This document shows, one piece after another, positions 62,721 through 64,000 of a stretch of 64,000 nucleotides of DNA. The first letter of the stretch is position 1. Each line of letters opens with the position of its first letter. The position numbers and the translations under genes were made by a program. The notes under the pieces are model-generated. The model saw only the letters and a list, made by a program, of their open reading frames with translations, made no database searches and had not been told where the DNA came from. The DNA comes from a virus (taxonomy: Duplodnaviria > Caudoviricetes): the IMG/VR virus record IMGVR_UViG_2903468256_000002, positions 1 through 64,000 of that record. One strand, given 5' to 3'.

Positions 62721-64000
62721 TTGCCTCAAGCTCAATGTAGTAATCGGCTTGAGGGTATTTGTGACTGACCAGCAAGATCTGCGAGATGCGACTTGCGAGG
62801 TACTCTAGGGTAAGAGCAGTATTGTGTGCGCGATCGGCGTCCATTGATGCGTCGATCTCGTCGCCCAGGAAGACCGAGAACACATTGTTGGTCAGAACCT
62901 GGCCGAGGCCAAGGCGGAGCGACAGGTTTGCAACCGCCTTGCCCGATCCCGAGAGTGTATTGATCGGTTGTCCGTCAACGGTGATCTCGAAATCCTCGTC
63001 CACCTCGATCACATTGCGCTGCCCGCCGGTCATCTTGGAGATGTAGTGGCTGGCGACCTTGTTCAGCGAAGGGATCAGGTGTTGTTTGACGAGCCGTCGC
63101 AGGATGGTCAACGCCTCACGTCCTTTCCGGTAGCCTTGCTCCTGCTCCTTCCTGGCTTTGATCTCCTTCTGGCGATCCTGGTAGATCTTGAGGTCGCGCT
63201 TATAGGTCGCGAGGCGGTCCTCGTAGATCTTGGCCTGCTCGTAGACCTTCTCCAGGGCCGTCAGCTGGGCTGGCACCTCGGTCAGCTCCGCCTCGCGGAC
63301 CTTGTCCTTGACGAACAGGAGGTCCTGGGCCTCCCATTCGCCCATGCGAGCCTCGTAGGTGGTAAGCTCGTGCTCGTAGGCCAAGCGGTCTCGCCAGAGG
63401 GCGTTGAGCGTCTTGCTGTCAGCCGAGACCGGCTCCACGGCCTCGAGCTCTGCACGGCGTCCCTGGGCCTCCTTGGCGGCCTGGAACTGCGCCACCTGCT
63501 GGCGCGTGTGGACGGGCTGGGGCGTGTCCTTGACGCGTTCCCAATCTTCCCTGACCTTGTCGAACGCCTGCAGCTGGCGACGGGCCACATCGACGTTGAC
63601 CATGTCGGGCTTGCCGGGGCGCTCCAGGCCCTCCAGGAGCTCTTCTGCAACGGCCAGCTTCTCGGCCACCGCGTTGACCCGTTCGGCCTCCATTGGCCAC
63701 TCGAACGAGCATGACGGGCAAGTATGCATGCCGACAGCACGAAGATCCTCGTACTGCTTCCGCAGGTGATCCCGTTTCTCGAACTGGCGAACCAGCTCGG
63801 CGTCAGCGTCGGCCTTGGCGATCTGCTCGGCTGTCATCATCGTCGGATAGCCCCGGCGGATCTTCTCGCGCAGCTCCCAGTCGTCGATACCTTCCTCGGA
63901 GAACTCCGGAGGCGGCGCGGGCAACCGCTTGAGTTCGGCCTGGGCCTGCTCGTAGGCGCAGGCCATATCCAGCTCCTGCTCGATCTCGCCGGCAGACTGG
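62701..64000 (-). CDS. SbcC/Rad50/gp46-like SMC ATPase, C-terminal part (5' end outside the window)
   Basis: CPSC Zn hook, coiled coil, LSGSGK signature, FLGDEIDASMD Walker B/D-loop, LLVSH; frame stays open to the window edge. Confidence 0.85.
   Translation of the reverse strand, partial: QSAGEIEQELDMACAYEQAQAELKRLPAPPPEFSEEGIDDWELREKIRRGYPTMMTAEQIAKADADAELVRQFEKRDHLRKQYEDLRAVGMHTCPSCSFEWPMEAERVNAVAEKLAVAEELLEGLERPGKPDMVNVDVARRQLQAFDKVREDWERVKDTPQPVHTRQQVAQFQAAKEAQGRRAELEAVEPVSADSKTLNALWRDRLAYEHELTTYEARMGEWEAQDLLFVKDKVREAELTEVPAQLTALEKVYEQAKIYEDRLATYKRDLKIYQDRQKEIKARKEQEQGYRKGREALTILRRLVKQHLIPSLNKVASHYISKMTGGQRNVIEVDEDFEITVDGQPINTLSGSGKAVANLSLRLGLGQVLTNNVFSVFLGDEIDASMDADRAHNTALTLEYLASRISQILLVSHKYPQADYYIELEANEKNIN

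Larger units (their letters stand above)
1..64000. mobile_element. Temperate siphophage / prophage genome, incomplete at right edge; att site not visible
   Basis: Integrase, excisionase, terminase, portal, protease, capsid, tape measure, lambda-like tail tip and lysis genes in canonical order; no host housekeeping genes. Confidence 0.97.

Noticed and set aside
1-64000. CI repressor, LexA (GTTC-N7-GTTC) or CtrA (TTAA-N7-TTAA) boxes, att core
   Set aside because: None found by eye in the intergenic regions examined; they may lie outside the window

Overview
The whole window is one large, apparently intact temperate siphophage (prophage or free genome). GC3-rich codon usage, a B12-dependent RNR and rhizobial-type small genes point to an alphaproteobacterial (Rhizobiales-like) host; this host call is inference. 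The genome runs off the right edge, and the window begins exactly at the integrase stop codon. 1-21.5 kb (- strand): tyrosine integrase and excisionase, rIIA/rIIB, and about 50 small early genes. These include an RNA-polymerase alpha-CTD mimic, a T7 gp0.7-like kinase and several structured intergenic RNAs; three + strand morons sit among them (H-NS-like, minimal DNA ligase, 66-aa protein). 21.7-24.9 kb (-): prim-pol/helicase. 25-57.5 kb (+): HNH, lambda-GpA-like terminase, portal, a fibre module inside the head operon, protease, capsid, tail genes with a probable -1 frameshift, an SLT-bearing tape measure, lambda M/L/K/I/J-like tip genes and a lysis cassette. 57.5-64 kb (-): NrdJ, nucleotide hydrolases and an SbcC-like ATPase (truncated). 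The most unusual element is at the tail tip: J ends without its own receptor-binding domain and is followed by three genes sharing J's AKIA(N/D)LxV repeat, the first fused to a proteasome-like Ntn domain. No repressor, DNA polymerase, tRNA or CRISPR array was seen. All family assignments come from motif recognition by eye, not database searches.
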